45,716 nt of DNA from Deltaproteobacteria bacterium (GTDB lineage: Bacteria; Desulfobacterota; Dissulfuribacteria; Dissulfuribacterales; UBA3076): NCBI GenBank assembly GCA_027004715.1, contig JALTHG010000089.1, positions 1 to 45,716 on the forward strand. The letters are read 5' to 3'. Positions 20,545 through 29,462 of this stretch are shown here, in pieces (positions within the stretch are counted from its first letter, which is position 1; every line of letters begins with the position of its first letter). Made by a program: the position numbers and the translations under genes. The notes under the pieces were generated by a model, which saw only the letters and a program-made list of their open reading frames with translations, made no database searches and was not told the origin of the DNA.

Positions 20545-20657
20545 AATTCCATCTTTACCGCAGACACGCCAGAGGACGCAAAGGACCTCTCTCCAGGGTA
20601 AAATTCCTGATGGAGAGGATCCCTTATGAGAAGGGTATCGATAGAATGGTAGGTAGA

Positions 20658-21587
20658 TCAGGCAGGTAGGCCTGCAGAAATCACATCTTTTTGGGGTACA
20701 AGCCAGTACGGCACCCTCCAGGTCCCCTCTCCCTGTTCTACAAACTGCCATGCACAGGGATGATCCAGTATCTTTTGGACCAAGAGGTGATGTAGGCCAT
20801 GTCCACTCTTTATGGCCCTTACCTTGCCCAGGACTGGTGCACCCAAGAGATAGAGATCCCCAATTAGATCTAAGACCTTATGCCGTACAAACTCATCAGA
20901 GAAGCGCAGACCACCATCATTGAAAACTGAATTGTCGCCTAAGACTATGGCATTCTGTAGAGACCCACCCCTGGCCAATCCATTCTTTTTTAGAAATTCT
21001 AGTTCCCTGAGGAAGCCAAAGGTCCTTGCCTTACTGATATGACGTTTAAAGGTCTGCTGTGTGATCTTGCCAGAAAAGCTCTGTCTGGCAATAAGAGGAT
21101 GCTCAAATTCTATTTCAAAAGATACCCTAAAATTTTTGCACGGCTCAATAACTAGAGATCTATCACCTCTTGCTATGGATATAGGCTCCAGAATTTCAAT
21201 GTACCGCCTAGGTTCTGCCTGAGTCTTCAATCCAGCCTTTTGAAATAAAGAGAGAAATGGAGCAGCACTCCCATCCATTGCCGGGACCTCTGGCCCATTG
21301 ACCTCAATCAGAGCATTATCTATACCTGCTCCCAACAGAGCTGCCATGAGGTGCTCAATAGTAGAGATAGATCCCGTTTTGGTGCCTATAGTGGTGGCAA
21401 AATTGGTATCTATTATATAGTCACTCCGTGCCGGTATGACCTCTTCAGGCCTCAAATCACTACGCACAAAACAGATCCCAGTGTTGGCTGGAGATGGATT
21501 TATTTTTAGATATACCCTCTCTCCTGTATGGAGCCCTATGCCTGCTGCACTCACGGCCCTTTCAAGTGTATGTTGAAGATCAACCAC
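20658..21587 (-). CDS. lpxC: UDP-3-O-acyl-N-acetylglucosamine deacetylase
   Basis: GIGLHTG, TIEHLMAAL, EVPAMDGSA, ARTFGF, RHKVLDLIGDL, KSGH; GTG start at 21587 follows GGGAGAGAG. Confidence 0.96.
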   Translation of the reverse strand: MVDLQHTLERAVSAAGIGLHTGERVYLKINPSPANTGICFVRSDLRPEEVIPARSDYIIDTNFATTIGTKTGSISTIEHLMAALLGAGIDNALIEVNGPEVPAMDGSAAPFLSLFQKAGLKTQAEPRRYIEILEPISIARGDRSLVIEPCKNFRVSFEIEFEHPLIARQSFSGKITQQTFKRHISKARTFGFLRELEFLKKNGLARGGSLQNAIVLGDNSVFNDGGLRFSDEFVRHKVLDLIGDLYLLGAPVLGKVRAIKSGHGLHHLLVQKILDHPCAWQFVEQGEGTWRVPYWLVPQKDVISAGLPA

Positions 21588-21695
21588 TATCTCTCTCCCT
21601 AAGGGACCTGCTAAAGATTCAGATATAAACAGGACAGGACAAAAAAGTCCTTCCAGCACCTATTACCCAGACAAAGACAAAAGTACCATCTGCCC

Positions 21696-21711
21696 TGCAA
21701 GTACAATGCCT
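21696..21711 (-). promoter_or_regulatory. sigma54 (-24/-12) promoter for lpxC
   Basis: Minus strand AGGCATTGTACTTGCA has exact GG-N10-GC spacing, about 110 nt upstream of the start. Confidence 0.75.
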
Positions 21712-21780
21712 AAAATACCCTCTATTTTTTTGCTGTAATTATAGTGACTTGTATAATAAAAAGAAAAAAATCTATTATGT

Positions 21781-21829
21781 GAGACTTAAAAGTCACAAAA
21801 AGAGAGAAAAATAGAGACAAAAAAGTCAC
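21781..21829. promoter_or_regulatory. Tandem enhancer-like sites for a sigma54 activator
   Basis: GAGACTTAAAAGTCAC (21781-21796) and GAGACAAAAAAGTCAC (21814-21829), near-palindromic G(T/A)GAC-N6-GTCAC, 33 bp apart. Confidence 0.65.
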
Positions 21830-21835
21830 TATAGA

Positions 21836-22759
21836 CTAGATAAGGAGACCCAGACGACGCAGGGCCTTCCTATCCTTAGACCACTCCTTGAGGACCTTAA
21901 CCCGGATATCCAGGTATATCTTTTGGCCCCAAAGTGCCTCCAATTCCTGTCTGGCAAGTGTCCCAATCTTCTTGATAAAATGACCTCCCCTACCTATAAT
22001 AATACCTTTCTGGGAGGGTCTTTCTACATAGATAATGGCCACGATCTCTATGAGCTGCTGGCCTGAATCTTCCTCAATCTTCTCTACCTCTACGGCCGTC
22101 GAGTAGGGGACTTCCTGATGTGCAAACAGAAAGACCTTCTCTCGTATAAATTCAGCCGCCAGCTCTCCTTTTGATTGATCAGTAATAGTCCTTGCATTAT
22201 AGAGCTGAGGGCCTTCAGGGAGTATCTTGAGTATTTCATCAAGTACGCGATCTATACCCCTGCCATATCGGGCAGATACAGGGATAATTGCCTCAAAGGG
22301 ATATCTATCTTTTAGTTCGTCAATAAGAGGCAGCAGGGTCTCTTTTGCCACCCTGTCGATCTTATTGAGGATTAATATTACAGGCCGTTTTACCTCTCTC
22401 AAGAGGTCCGATATGGCAAATTCCTGCCTCGTATGTCTACACGTCACATCCACTACATACACTATGGCATCTACATCTCTGGCTGCCTGAGTGGCCCAAT
22501 GTACAAGTATCTTATTTAAGGGCTTTTTGGGATTATGGATCCCAGGTGTATCTACAAACACTATCTGGAAATCCATTCCTGTAAGGATACCTCTTATCTG
22601 ACGTCGGGTTGTCTGTGGTTTTGGGGTGATGATTGCTATCTTTTCTCCAAGGAGCTGATTGAGGAGGGTTGACTTACCTACATTCGGTGCCCCAATTATT
22701 CCGACAAAACCTGAACGAAAGGGTACCCGTGTCTCAGGTCGATGTGGGTCTGTATCCAT
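21836..22759 (-). CDS. era: GTPase Era
   Basis: GAPNVGKSTL, KPQTTR, DTPGIH, NKID, QEVPYS, SQKGIIIG KH domain. Confidence 0.97.
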   Translation of the reverse strand: MDTDPHRPETRVPFRSGFVGIIGAPNVGKSTLLNQLLGEKIAIITPKPQTTRRQIRGILTGMDFQIVFVDTPGIHNPKKPLNKILVHWATQAARDVDAIVYVVDVTCRHTRQEFAISDLLREVKRPVILILNKIDRVAKETLLPLIDELKDRYPFEAIIPVSARYGRGIDRVLDEILKILPEGPQLYNARTITDQSKGELAAEFIREKVFLFAHQEVPYSTAVEVEKIEEDSGQQLIEIVAIIYVERPSQKGIIIGRGGHFIKKIGTLARQELEALWGQKIYLDIRVKVLKEWSKDRKALRRLGLLI

Positions 22760-22768
22760 ATAGCAATC

Positions 22769-23488
22769 TCAGGTGCCTATAATATCTAGGGCCTTCCTGG
22801 CAGCATCCTGCTCTGCCTCCTTCTTGCTCTTTCCTATGCCTCTCTGTAGTACACGGTCATTAAAGTGGATTGCTACATGAAAGGTCCGTTGATGGTCAGG
22901 CCCTGTTATCTTCTCAATCTCATATATCGGCACACTATGAAAACGCCCCTGGGTCAATTCTTGGAGTCTACTCTTGTAGTCCTGATCGAGCCCTATCTCT
23001 ATCGCCTGGTCAAGCAAGTCGCCAAACCACCTCTCTATAATGAGAAAGACCTCTTCTATGTTGCTATCCAGATAGATGGCCCCTATTACTGCCTCAAAGG
23101 TATCAGAGAGTATAGAAGGCTTGCTGCGTCCGCCACTCCTATCTTCACCCTTACCCAACAGGATATATTTCCCCAGTCCAAGTCTGTGGGCCTGATTGGC
23201 AAGCTGGTTTTCATTTACAAGAAATGACCTCATTCGGGTAAGCTCACCCTCTCTGCACCTCTCTCCATGACGCTTGAATAAGAGGTGACTAATGACGAGT
23301 TCCAGGACTGCATCGCCCAAAAACTCCAGGCGCTCGTTATCCAGGCAACCCAACCTGTGTTCTGCACTATATGAACGGTGGGTAAGGGCCTGTCTCAGAA
23401 GCTCAGGCTGAACAAAGTGATGACCAAGAATGGCCTCTAGCTCAAAGGCAGAATTCTCTTTAGGATCGAGGTCTTCGGTCTCTTCCAT
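22769..23488 (-). CDS. rnc: Ribonuclease III
   Basis: ALTHRS, NERLEFLGDAVL, DTFEAVIGAIYLD, dsRBD DYKSRLQE...KSKKEAEQ. Confidence 0.97.
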   Translation of the reverse strand: MEETEDLDPKENSAFELEAILGHHFVQPELLRQALTHRSYSAEHRLGCLDNERLEFLGDAVLELVISHLLFKRHGERCREGELTRMRSFLVNENQLANQAHRLGLGKYILLGKGEDRSGGRSKPSILSDTFEAVIGAIYLDSNIEEVFLIIERWFGDLLDQAIEIGLDQDYKSRLQELTQGRFHSVPIYEIEKITGPDHQRTFHVAIHFNDRVLQRGIGKSKKEAEQDAARKALDIIGT

Positions 23489-23493
23489 CTCTC

Positions 23494-23958
23494 CTAGTTA
23501 CCAATCTCTGGCATGAGTGTCCACCTGATAATCCATGAGTCTTTATCTGGGTCTCTATCCATACATAGGATACCGCCATTTTGGAATTTAAAGACTGGCC
23601 TATCACTAGACCCTGTTATGAGATAGGAAGTCAGTCTCTCCATAAATGGAAGGTGCCCCACAAACATGGTATTGTCTTCAGCCTCTATTCTAGAGGCAAG
23701 GCCTGAGACATCGTCCAAAGGCCTCAATCCGCTACCCTCCTGGATACCCTCTTCTGGCTTCAAGAAAGATGCAAAGATATCCGCTGTCTGCCTGGCCCTC
23801 TTCTTTCCACTGTGTATGATGCGTGACACATGGATACCATATCCTGCGGCAGCCTTTGCAATCTTTTCGACCTCTAAGATACCCTCTTCTGACAGACCCT
23901 GTTCGGGGTCTCTTTCTTTTGGCAGACTCTTGCCGTGTTGAACCAAAAAAAGTGCCAT
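23494..23958 (-). CDS. sixA: Phosphohistidine phosphatase SixA family
   Basis: LFLVQHGKS (RHG variant), HSGKKRARQTA, VGHLP. Confidence 0.85.
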   Translation of the reverse strand: MALFLVQHGKSLPKERDPEQGLSEEGILEVEKIAKAAAGYGIHVSRIIHSGKKRARQTADIFASFLKPEEGIQEGSGLRPLDDVSGLASRIEAEDNTMFVGHLPFMERLTSYLITGSSDRPVFKFQNGGILCMDRDPDKDSWIIRWTLMPEIGN

Positions 23959-24046
23959 AAAGTTGCTCCTCCTTTTGAATCATCTCTACATTACTAATAT
24001 AAAGTATAATAGGTCTTTCTGGAAGTATCCTGTCAGTCGATATAAT

Positions 24047-24127
24047 CCCAGATTACGCACTTCAAATGCCGAACAGAATGATTTCTTTTATAATTCCAGC
24101 AGATTATCGTGAGCTGCATAATCCGGG
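24047..24127. mobile_element. Short (81-bp) family-B MITE
   Basis: IRs CCCAGATTACGCA/TGCATAATCCGGG; flanks ATAAT/ATAAA; the first ~64 bp are highly similar to the 44834-45088 element. Confidence 0.8.
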
Positions 24128-24169
24128 ATAAAACTGTTCACACAGTCCGAGCTTTGAGATATAATAGAC

Positions 24170-24198
24170 TTGACACCTCTTGAATCAGATGTTACTGA
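24170..24198 (+). promoter_or_regulatory. Probable sigma70 promoter for the tRNA pair
   Basis: TTGACA-17 nt-TACTGA with an upstream TG; the -10 box is weak. Confidence 0.45.
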
Positions 24199-24212
24199 TG
24201 TCTCTGTTTTTA

Positions 24213-24287
24213 GGGCGGGTAGCTCAGTGGGAGAGCATCGGCCTTACAAGCCGGGGGTCACAGGTTCAAACCCTGTTCCGCCTACCA
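24213..24287 (+). tRNA. tRNA-Val(TAC)
   Basis: GGGCGGGTAGCTCAGTGGGAGAGC..., anticodon arm TCGGC-CT-TAC-AA-GCCGG, T-arm ACAGG-TTCAAAC-CCTGT, encoded CCA. Confidence 0.95.
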
Positions 24288-24308
24288 GATTCTGAAGAGA
24301 TAGAGATC

Positions 24309-24385
24309 GGGGTCGTAGTTCAGTTGGTTAGAACGCTGGCCTGTCACGCCAGAGGTCACGAGTTCAAGTCTCGTCGGCCCCGCCA
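24309..24385 (+). tRNA. tRNA-Asp(GTC)
   Basis: Acceptor GGGGTCG/CGGCCCC, anticodon arm CTGGC-CT-GTC-AC-GCCAG, encoded CCA. Confidence 0.97.
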
Positions 24386-24495
24386 GTTCCACCTCTTTAT
24401 CCATTTTCGTCAAGCTAAGACCCGATAACTGTTAATTATAAGATGGGGTTGAAATCTATGGAAATAGGCCTGTTAGTCTCTGGTCTGACTATCAT

Positions 24496-25323
24496 ATGAG
24501 TTTAGATCTCATAGTCTTTGCCTTTAAAAGAGGGATATCCCTCCTATTGGTCCCTTCTGGTCTGGTATCTATCTGCCTGTTTTTGGGTTTCTTTATCTCG
24601 CCATCGAGACGACGGCGGAATCTGGCCTGTAAGTTTTTTCTATTGGCCTTTTTGATCTATGGCCTGGCAGGAAGTGCCCCGGTTGCTAATCTCTTAATTG
24701 GGGTCCTTGAGCGCTCGGCCAGATCTGAGGCCATGGCTGTGGGCAGTCCATCAGAGGTGCCCAACACAGTGGTAGTCTTATGTGGCGGTTTTTCTGAAGA
24801 TAGACCCATACCAGATCGCCTCAGCCCCAGTACAAGGCTCAGGATACTCAAGGCAAGGGAACTGTGTCGCAGAGACCCTTCAATAAGACACCTTGTGATC
24901 GTTGGTGGTTGTGGCAGACCTACGGGCAGGTGTCAGCTATCTGGGGCACAGATAGCCTACTCCTGGATTAAAGAACTTGGGCTACCAGCCAATGTCGATG
25001 TCTCTCTAGAAAAGAAGTCCAGAGATACAGAGGAGAATATCAGCAATGTAAGCAAGATCCTAGGCCAGAGCCCCTCTTATCTTGTGACATCTGCTGCCCA
25101 TATGCCAAGGGTCCTCCTGTTTGTGCAGAAAATGGGCCTCAAGGTCTATCCTGTACCCTGTGACTTCCACTGGTCTAGGAATCACTGGATGCCCTGGGAC
25201 CTATGGCCCAGACCTGTTAACCTCGAAAAATCCGACATTGCATGCCATGAATATATTGGGATCGCCTGGTTCTGGATCGAGCACTATCTCCTCTCCCTGA
25301 AAAAGGCCCTTCTCAATCTCTAG
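24496..25323 (+). CDS. YdcF/ElyC-like (DUF218) membrane protein
   Basis: Two N-terminal TM segments, VVVLCGG, EKKSRDTEEN, LVTSAAHMPR, HEYIGIAW. Confidence 0.85.
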   Translation: MSLDLIVFAFKRGISLLLVPSGLVSICLFLGFFISPSRRRRNLACKFFLLAFLIYGLAGSAPVANLLIGVLERSARSEAMAVGSPSEVPNTVVVLCGGFSEDRPIPDRLSPSTRLRILKARELCRRDPSIRHLVIVGGCGRPTGRCQLSGAQIAYSWIKELGLPANVDVSLEKKSRDTEENISNVSKILGQSPSYLVTSAAHMPRVLLFVQKMGLKVYPVPCDFHWSRNHWMPWDLWPRPVNLEKSDIACHEYIGIAWFWIEHYLLSLKKALLNL

Positions 25324-25376
25324 GATATTGAGTTTCTGTGGCCTTTTACCGAAAAGGATAGAGAGGCAATATACAG

Positions 25377-26510
25377 GTGTCAGCTACGTATTTTTTCTCT
25401 ATAAGTGTCCTCTTTTTTCTCTGGCTCTTTACATGTGGGGCCCTTGTGCTTTCTTTAAAGAGATATAGATCCTCTAGCGAGCCCTCATCATTCTATTCAG
25501 ACCTACTTATAGGACTTGCATCAGAAAAATACCGGGAGGCAATAGATGCCTCGAAGAGATTGCGAGAGGTAGCTGATGCCCTACATATAGGTCTTGTAGA
25601 GCTTAAAGGCAGGCAGATAAAACAGATGAACCAGAGTGCCCTTGACCTGATGTCAAAAGATATACAGGCCCTTACTGAGACCCTGACCTCATTGGATAGA
25701 GACGTCCCAAAGACCATTGAGCTAAATAAGAAAATAGTCCAACTGAAGCGTCTCTCCAGCCCTGGTTCTCAGGACCTGATCCTGATACAGGATGTCACAG
25801 AGAGCTTTCTTATGGCACGAAGGCTCAGGCAACAGGAAAAACTGGCACTCTTGGGACAGATGGCTGCACATATGTCACACCAGATAAAGACTCCTATTGC
25901 CATAATAGCAGGACAGATACAGATGCTTGCAAGACACCTTGGCAGTGATGCAGGCCTCAAGGAGCAGGCCAATGCCATCTACCAAGATGCAAGAGAGCTC
26001 GCCAGACAGATAAATGAGATCTCAAATTTCTACAGAAAGAGAGAGCCCTACTTCAGAGATACAGAGCTCTGCCAGATACTCGTTAAACTAGAAAAGAGGC
26101 TGGATCCCTTAAGAGGTTCCTGTAAAATCGACATCAAATGCCCTCAAAAAATTGTATTAGAGACCGATCCTAAACTCCTACAGAAGGTCCTGTTTCTCCT
26201 TGGGCAAAATTCGCTCTCAAGAGAGACTGGTGCTACTATCCTCTCGATCAATGCAGGACTAGAAGATAATCAGGTCTCCATCAGGGTAAAAGATAATGGT
26301 ACAGGCATACCCAAATCTATACGCGACAGGGTCTTTGAGCCCTTTGTCAGCACAAAGGAAGAGGGACTTGGGCTGGGTCTCTTTCTTGCCAGAGACCTGA
26401 CCCGGCAGATAGGGGGCGAGATAGAACTAGAGGAGACCGATAGGGGCACCTGCTTTGCTCTAAAAATCCCTGTACGTCGTCATCCTCTCTGTGTCAGTTA
26501 CGTTATGTGA
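25377..26510 (+). CDS. Sensor histidine kinase (orphan)
   Basis: N-terminal TM, EKLALLGQMAAHMSHQIKTP H-box, VKDNGTGIP G1, VFEPFVSTK F box, GLGLGL G2. Confidence 0.88.
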   Translation: MSATYFFSISVLFFLWLFTCGALVLSLKRYRSSSEPSSFYSDLLIGLASEKYREAIDASKRLREVADALHIGLVELKGRQIKQMNQSALDLMSKDIQALTETLTSLDRDVPKTIELNKKIVQLKRLSSPGSQDLILIQDVTESFLMARRLRQQEKLALLGQMAAHMSHQIKTPIAIIAGQIQMLARHLGSDAGLKEQANAIYQDARELARQINEISNFYRKREPYFRDTELCQILVKLEKRLDPLRGSCKIDIKCPQKIVLETDPKLLQKVLFLLGQNSLSRETGATILSINAGLEDNQVSIRVKDNGTGIPKSIRDRVFEPFVSTKEEGLGLGLFLARDLTRQIGGEIELEETDRGTCFALKIPVRRHPLCVSYVM

Positions 26511-26524
26511 ATTATGGACGCAAG

Positions 26525-26691
26525 GCAACTGCTCACATCCCCCGGCCAGCAGTAGCCTTTTTCAGGGTTTCAGAGCACACCTTGATGCACAAAATCAGAC
26601 ACTTTGCCCGTTAATCCGCACTGGACCCCTTCAAAATGCTACTGCTGGCCAGCGACGTAAACGGTTCAACAGGAGGGGGTTGAACAGTTAC
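26525..26691 (+). mobile_element. Full-length (167-bp) family-A MITE with IS66-like termini
   Basis: IRs GCAACTGCTCACATCCCC and (minus strand) GTAACTGTTCAACCCCC; flanking 8-mers GACGCAAG (26517-26524) and GATGCAAG (26692-26699). Confidence 0.85.
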
Positions 26692-26767
26692 GATGCAAGA
26701 GACTTGACAGTATCCCAGATATTGGCTCCTATGTCTTGAGGTCCCAATTCGAGATAGAAGATGTGTT

Positions 26768-27406
26768 ATGAGGGATATTGATACATACACTGGGCCAGAG
26801 GTCATAGAGAGGTGTTCCTTTGAGATCATTGAATCTGAGGTGCCTGAGCCCCGTCCCTTTAAGGGCAGTGAATGGCTTGTAGTCAGGAGGATGATCCATA
26901 CGAGTGCCGATTTTGAATTGCTATCCCTTGTCAATTTTCACCCTGATGCAGTCAGGTCCGGTATCGTGGCCCTGAGGTCAGGGTGCCTGATTGTAACTGA
27001 TACAGAGATGGCACATATGGGGATTACCTCAAGACGTATGGACCAATTGGGGTGTCGGGTTGAGTGCTACATAGGTAGGAGAGAAGTAAGGGAAAGGGCG
27101 CAAGAGAAGGGTATTACCAGGGCATCCGCGGCAGTTGATTATGCCCTGCCCAGCTTAGACAGGGCTATATATGTCGTAGGGAATGCCCCCACGGCCCTCT
27201 TGAGGCTTCTGGAGTATATCAGAGAGGGTGCATGTAATCCGGCGCTCATCGTGGGTATGCCAGTGGGCTTTGTGAATGCGGCCAGGTCCAAAGAGATGCT
27301 TATGGAGCAGGAAGGTATCCCATTTATCACTATTGAAGGACGCAAAGGGGGATCGGCCCTGGCCGCATCTGTGGTAAACCAGTTGGCCGAGATGGCCCTG
27401 GCGTAA
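26768..27406 (+). CDS. cbiC: Cobalt-precorrin-8/precorrin-8X methylmutase (CbiC/CobH)
   Basis: IERCSFEII, RRMIHTSAD, GNAPTAL, GMPVGFVNA, GRKGGSALAA. Confidence 0.93.
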   Translation: MRDIDTYTGPEVIERCSFEIIESEVPEPRPFKGSEWLVVRRMIHTSADFELLSLVNFHPDAVRSGIVALRSGCLIVTDTEMAHMGITSRRMDQLGCRVECYIGRREVRERAQEKGITRASAAVDYALPSLDRAIYVVGNAPTALLRLLEYIREGACNPALIVGMPVGFVNAARSKEMLMEQEGIPFITIEGRKGGSALAASVVNQLAEMALA

Positions 27407-27434
27407 CCATTCACATCCTGACAGAGTCTAAGAG

Positions 27435-28217
27435 ATGAAAAAGATATATCTTATCGGAATTGGACCTGGCAACCCTGATTATCTGACTGTCCAGGCAATA
27501 AACGCAATGAAGGAAGTAGATGTCTTTTTCATCCTTGAAAAGGGACGGCGAAAGGGATTTAAGGACTTTACTGAGATAAGAGAGGAGATATTAGAGAGGT
27601 ATCTGGATAGAGGGACATACAGGCTTGTGAGTGCAGAGATACCTGAACGTAAAAAGGGGGGTGACTCATATAGGGAAGGAGTCAGGTCATGGCGTAGACA
27701 GAAGGCAGAGGTTATCACTGGACTGATCAAAGACAAGATGAAGGACGGTGAGATCGCTGCCCTTCTCATCTGGGGAGATCCATCCCTGTATGATGGGCAT
27801 CTAGAGATCCTTCAAGATATCCTGAAAGAGGGGAGAGTAAGTTTTGAATATAAGGTGATACCTGGCATAACCAGCGTCCAGGTATTAGCAGCAAGGCATA
27901 AAATCCCTTTAACCCATATAGGAGAATCTGTTGTGATTACAACGGGCAGGAGATTAGAGAGATATAGGCCTGCTGAGATCAAAAATGCCATTGTATTATT
28001 AGATCCTGATTCCAGGTTTGATTGTTTCAAGAATTCGAATATGGATATCTATTGGGGCGGATATTTAGGAACTGGAGATGAGATCCTGTTTTCAGGGAAG
28101 TTAAGAGATGTAGTCGAGGACCTCAAAGAGATAAGGAGTGAGGCCAGAAAGAGAAAGGGTTGGATTATGGATACATATATTTTAAGGCGGTCGGAGGACC
28201 CAGAGACTAATGGATGA
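27435..28217 (+). CDS. cobF: Precorrin-6A synthase (deacetylating)
   Basis: IGIGPGNPDYLTVQA, WGDPSLYD, IPGITSVQVLAARHKIPL, ITTGRRL, IYWGGYLGT.DEIL and the CobF-typical C-terminus GWIMDTYILRR. Confidence 0.9.
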   Translation: MKKIYLIGIGPGNPDYLTVQAINAMKEVDVFFILEKGRRKGFKDFTEIREEILERYLDRGTYRLVSAEIPERKKGGDSYREGVRSWRRQKAEVITGLIKDKMKDGEIAALLIWGDPSLYDGHLEILQDILKEGRVSFEYKVIPGITSVQVLAARHKIPLTHIGESVVITTGRRLERYRPAEIKNAIVLLDPDSRFDCFKNSNMDIYWGGYLGTGDEILFSGKLRDVVEDLKEIRSEARKRKGWIMDTYILRRSEDPETNG

Positions 28218-28244
28218 TCCTGCATATTGGAGAGGAATTGAGGT

Positions 28245-29462
28245 ATGAGGCAGGTCCACATAGTAGGATTGGGTCTGGATCCCCAGGACCTGCCCTACAA
28301 AATCTCACAGAAGATTGCAGGGGCACAGGTGCTGGTAGGGGGGCAGAGGTTCCTTGATTTCTTTAAGGACCATCCTGCAGTCAAGGTGGCAATCCACTGC
28401 CCTCTCAACGATATCATCAAGGGCATCAGGAGGGAAATAGAAGAGAAAAGGGATGTAGTGGTCCTGGCTGACGGTGATCCTGGATTTTATGGTATTGGAA
28501 GGCGCCTTGTAGATGCCCTTGGTAGAGATAATGTCATTATATATCCCAATATAACTACACTCCAGGTAGCGGCTTCCAGGCTTAAGATAGCATGGCACGA
28601 CATAAGATCTGTCTCTCTACATGGTCGCCAGGATATACAGGCCCTGTTGAGGGCACTTGTCAGAAATGACCGTGTGGCAGTATTTACTGACCCAGACTTT
28701 CCTCCGGCCAGGATAGCAGATGAACTGGTCCGCCGTGAGATAGACAGCTTTGACATGTATGTATTTGAGAGACTCTGTACTGAATCTGAAAAAATAGGCC
28801 GTTTTGGACTAGAAGAGGCCAGAAAAGCGGCCTTTTCTTCACCCAATTTTGTCCTTCTGGATCGTATAAAGTGGCCACAAGTCCCCCTGTGCCTGGGTCT
28901 GAGAGATGAAAGATACCTGCATCAAAAGGGCATGATCACCAAGAAAGAGGTCCGGGTAGCAGGTCTTGCCGCTCTTGAGATCAGACCTCATCACACCCTG
29001 TGGGACCTGGGTGCAGGCTGTGGGTCAGTGGCCATTGAGGCATCTATCCTGGCCAATCAGGGAACAGTCTTTGCCGTGGAGAGGGCAATTGACAGGGTCA
29101 AGTTGATCCGCGAGAATATCAAGAGGACCGGTGCCTATTCAGTAGAGGTAATACAGGGAGAGATGCCTGGGTGTCTGGATGCCCTTCCTGATCCTGATGG
29201 GGTCTTTATTGGTGGAGGCATAGGAAGAGACACCAGGGTGCTAGAAGAGGCGTGCAGACGGCTGAGGCCTGGTGGAAGACTCGTGCTTCACTTAGTCCTT
29301 ATGGGCTCACTGGCACGGGCAAGGAATTACATAGACCTCTTAGATTGGCCTTTTTCCATCACTCAGGTACAGGTCTCCAGGTCTAAAGCTACAGGAGGTG
29401 ATCAGCGCCTCAGGGCCCTAAATCCGGTCTTTATCCTGAGCGCCACAAGACCAGATGAATAG
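28245..29462 (+). CDS. cbiET: Fused precorrin-6B C5/C15 methyltransferase (CbiE-CbiT, CobL-like)
   Basis: DGDPGFYGIG and SLHGR (CbiE); ITKKEVR, WDLGAGCGSVAIE, FIGGG (CbiT). Confidence 0.92.
   Translation: MRQVHIVGLGLDPQDLPYKISQKIAGAQVLVGGQRFLDFFKDHPAVKVAIHCPLNDIIKGIRREIEEKRDVVVLADGDPGFYGIGRRLVDALGRDNVIIYPNITTLQVAASRLKIAWHDIRSVSLHGRQDIQALLRALVRNDRVAVFTDPDFPPARIADELVRREIDSFDMYVFERLCTESEKIGRFGLEEARKAAFSSPNFVLLDRIKWPQVPLCLGLRDERYLHQKGMITKKEVRVAGLAALEIRPHHTLWDLGAGCGSVAIEASILANQGTVFAVERAIDRVKLIRENIKRTGAYSVEVIQGEMPGCLDALPDPDGVFIGGGIGRDTRVLEEACRRLRPGGRLVLHLVLMGSLARARNYIDLLDWPFSITQVQVSRSKATGGDQRLRALNPVFILSATRPDE

Noticed and set aside
20545-20640. GGACGCAAAG followed by hairpins, resembling a c-di-GMP-I riboswitch
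   Set aside because: It lacks the GGCAAAC/GAAA tetraloop arm and is on the strand opposite the flanking genes
21588-21659. N-terminal extension of lpxC in the ORF track
   Set aside because: Homology starts at about QHTL, and an SD plus GTG sits at 21587
24180-24428. 82-aa ORF
   Set aside because: It overlaps the tRNA-Val and tRNA-Asp genes and is spurious
26491-26739. 82-aa ORF upstream of cbiC, and the 112-aa ORF at 44905-45243
   Set aside because: Both run through MITE sequence (the second is also antisense to usp) and have no protein motifs
24386-26767. tRNA-Asp-anchored genomic island
   Set aside because: No integrase and no duplicated tRNA 3' end were found by eye
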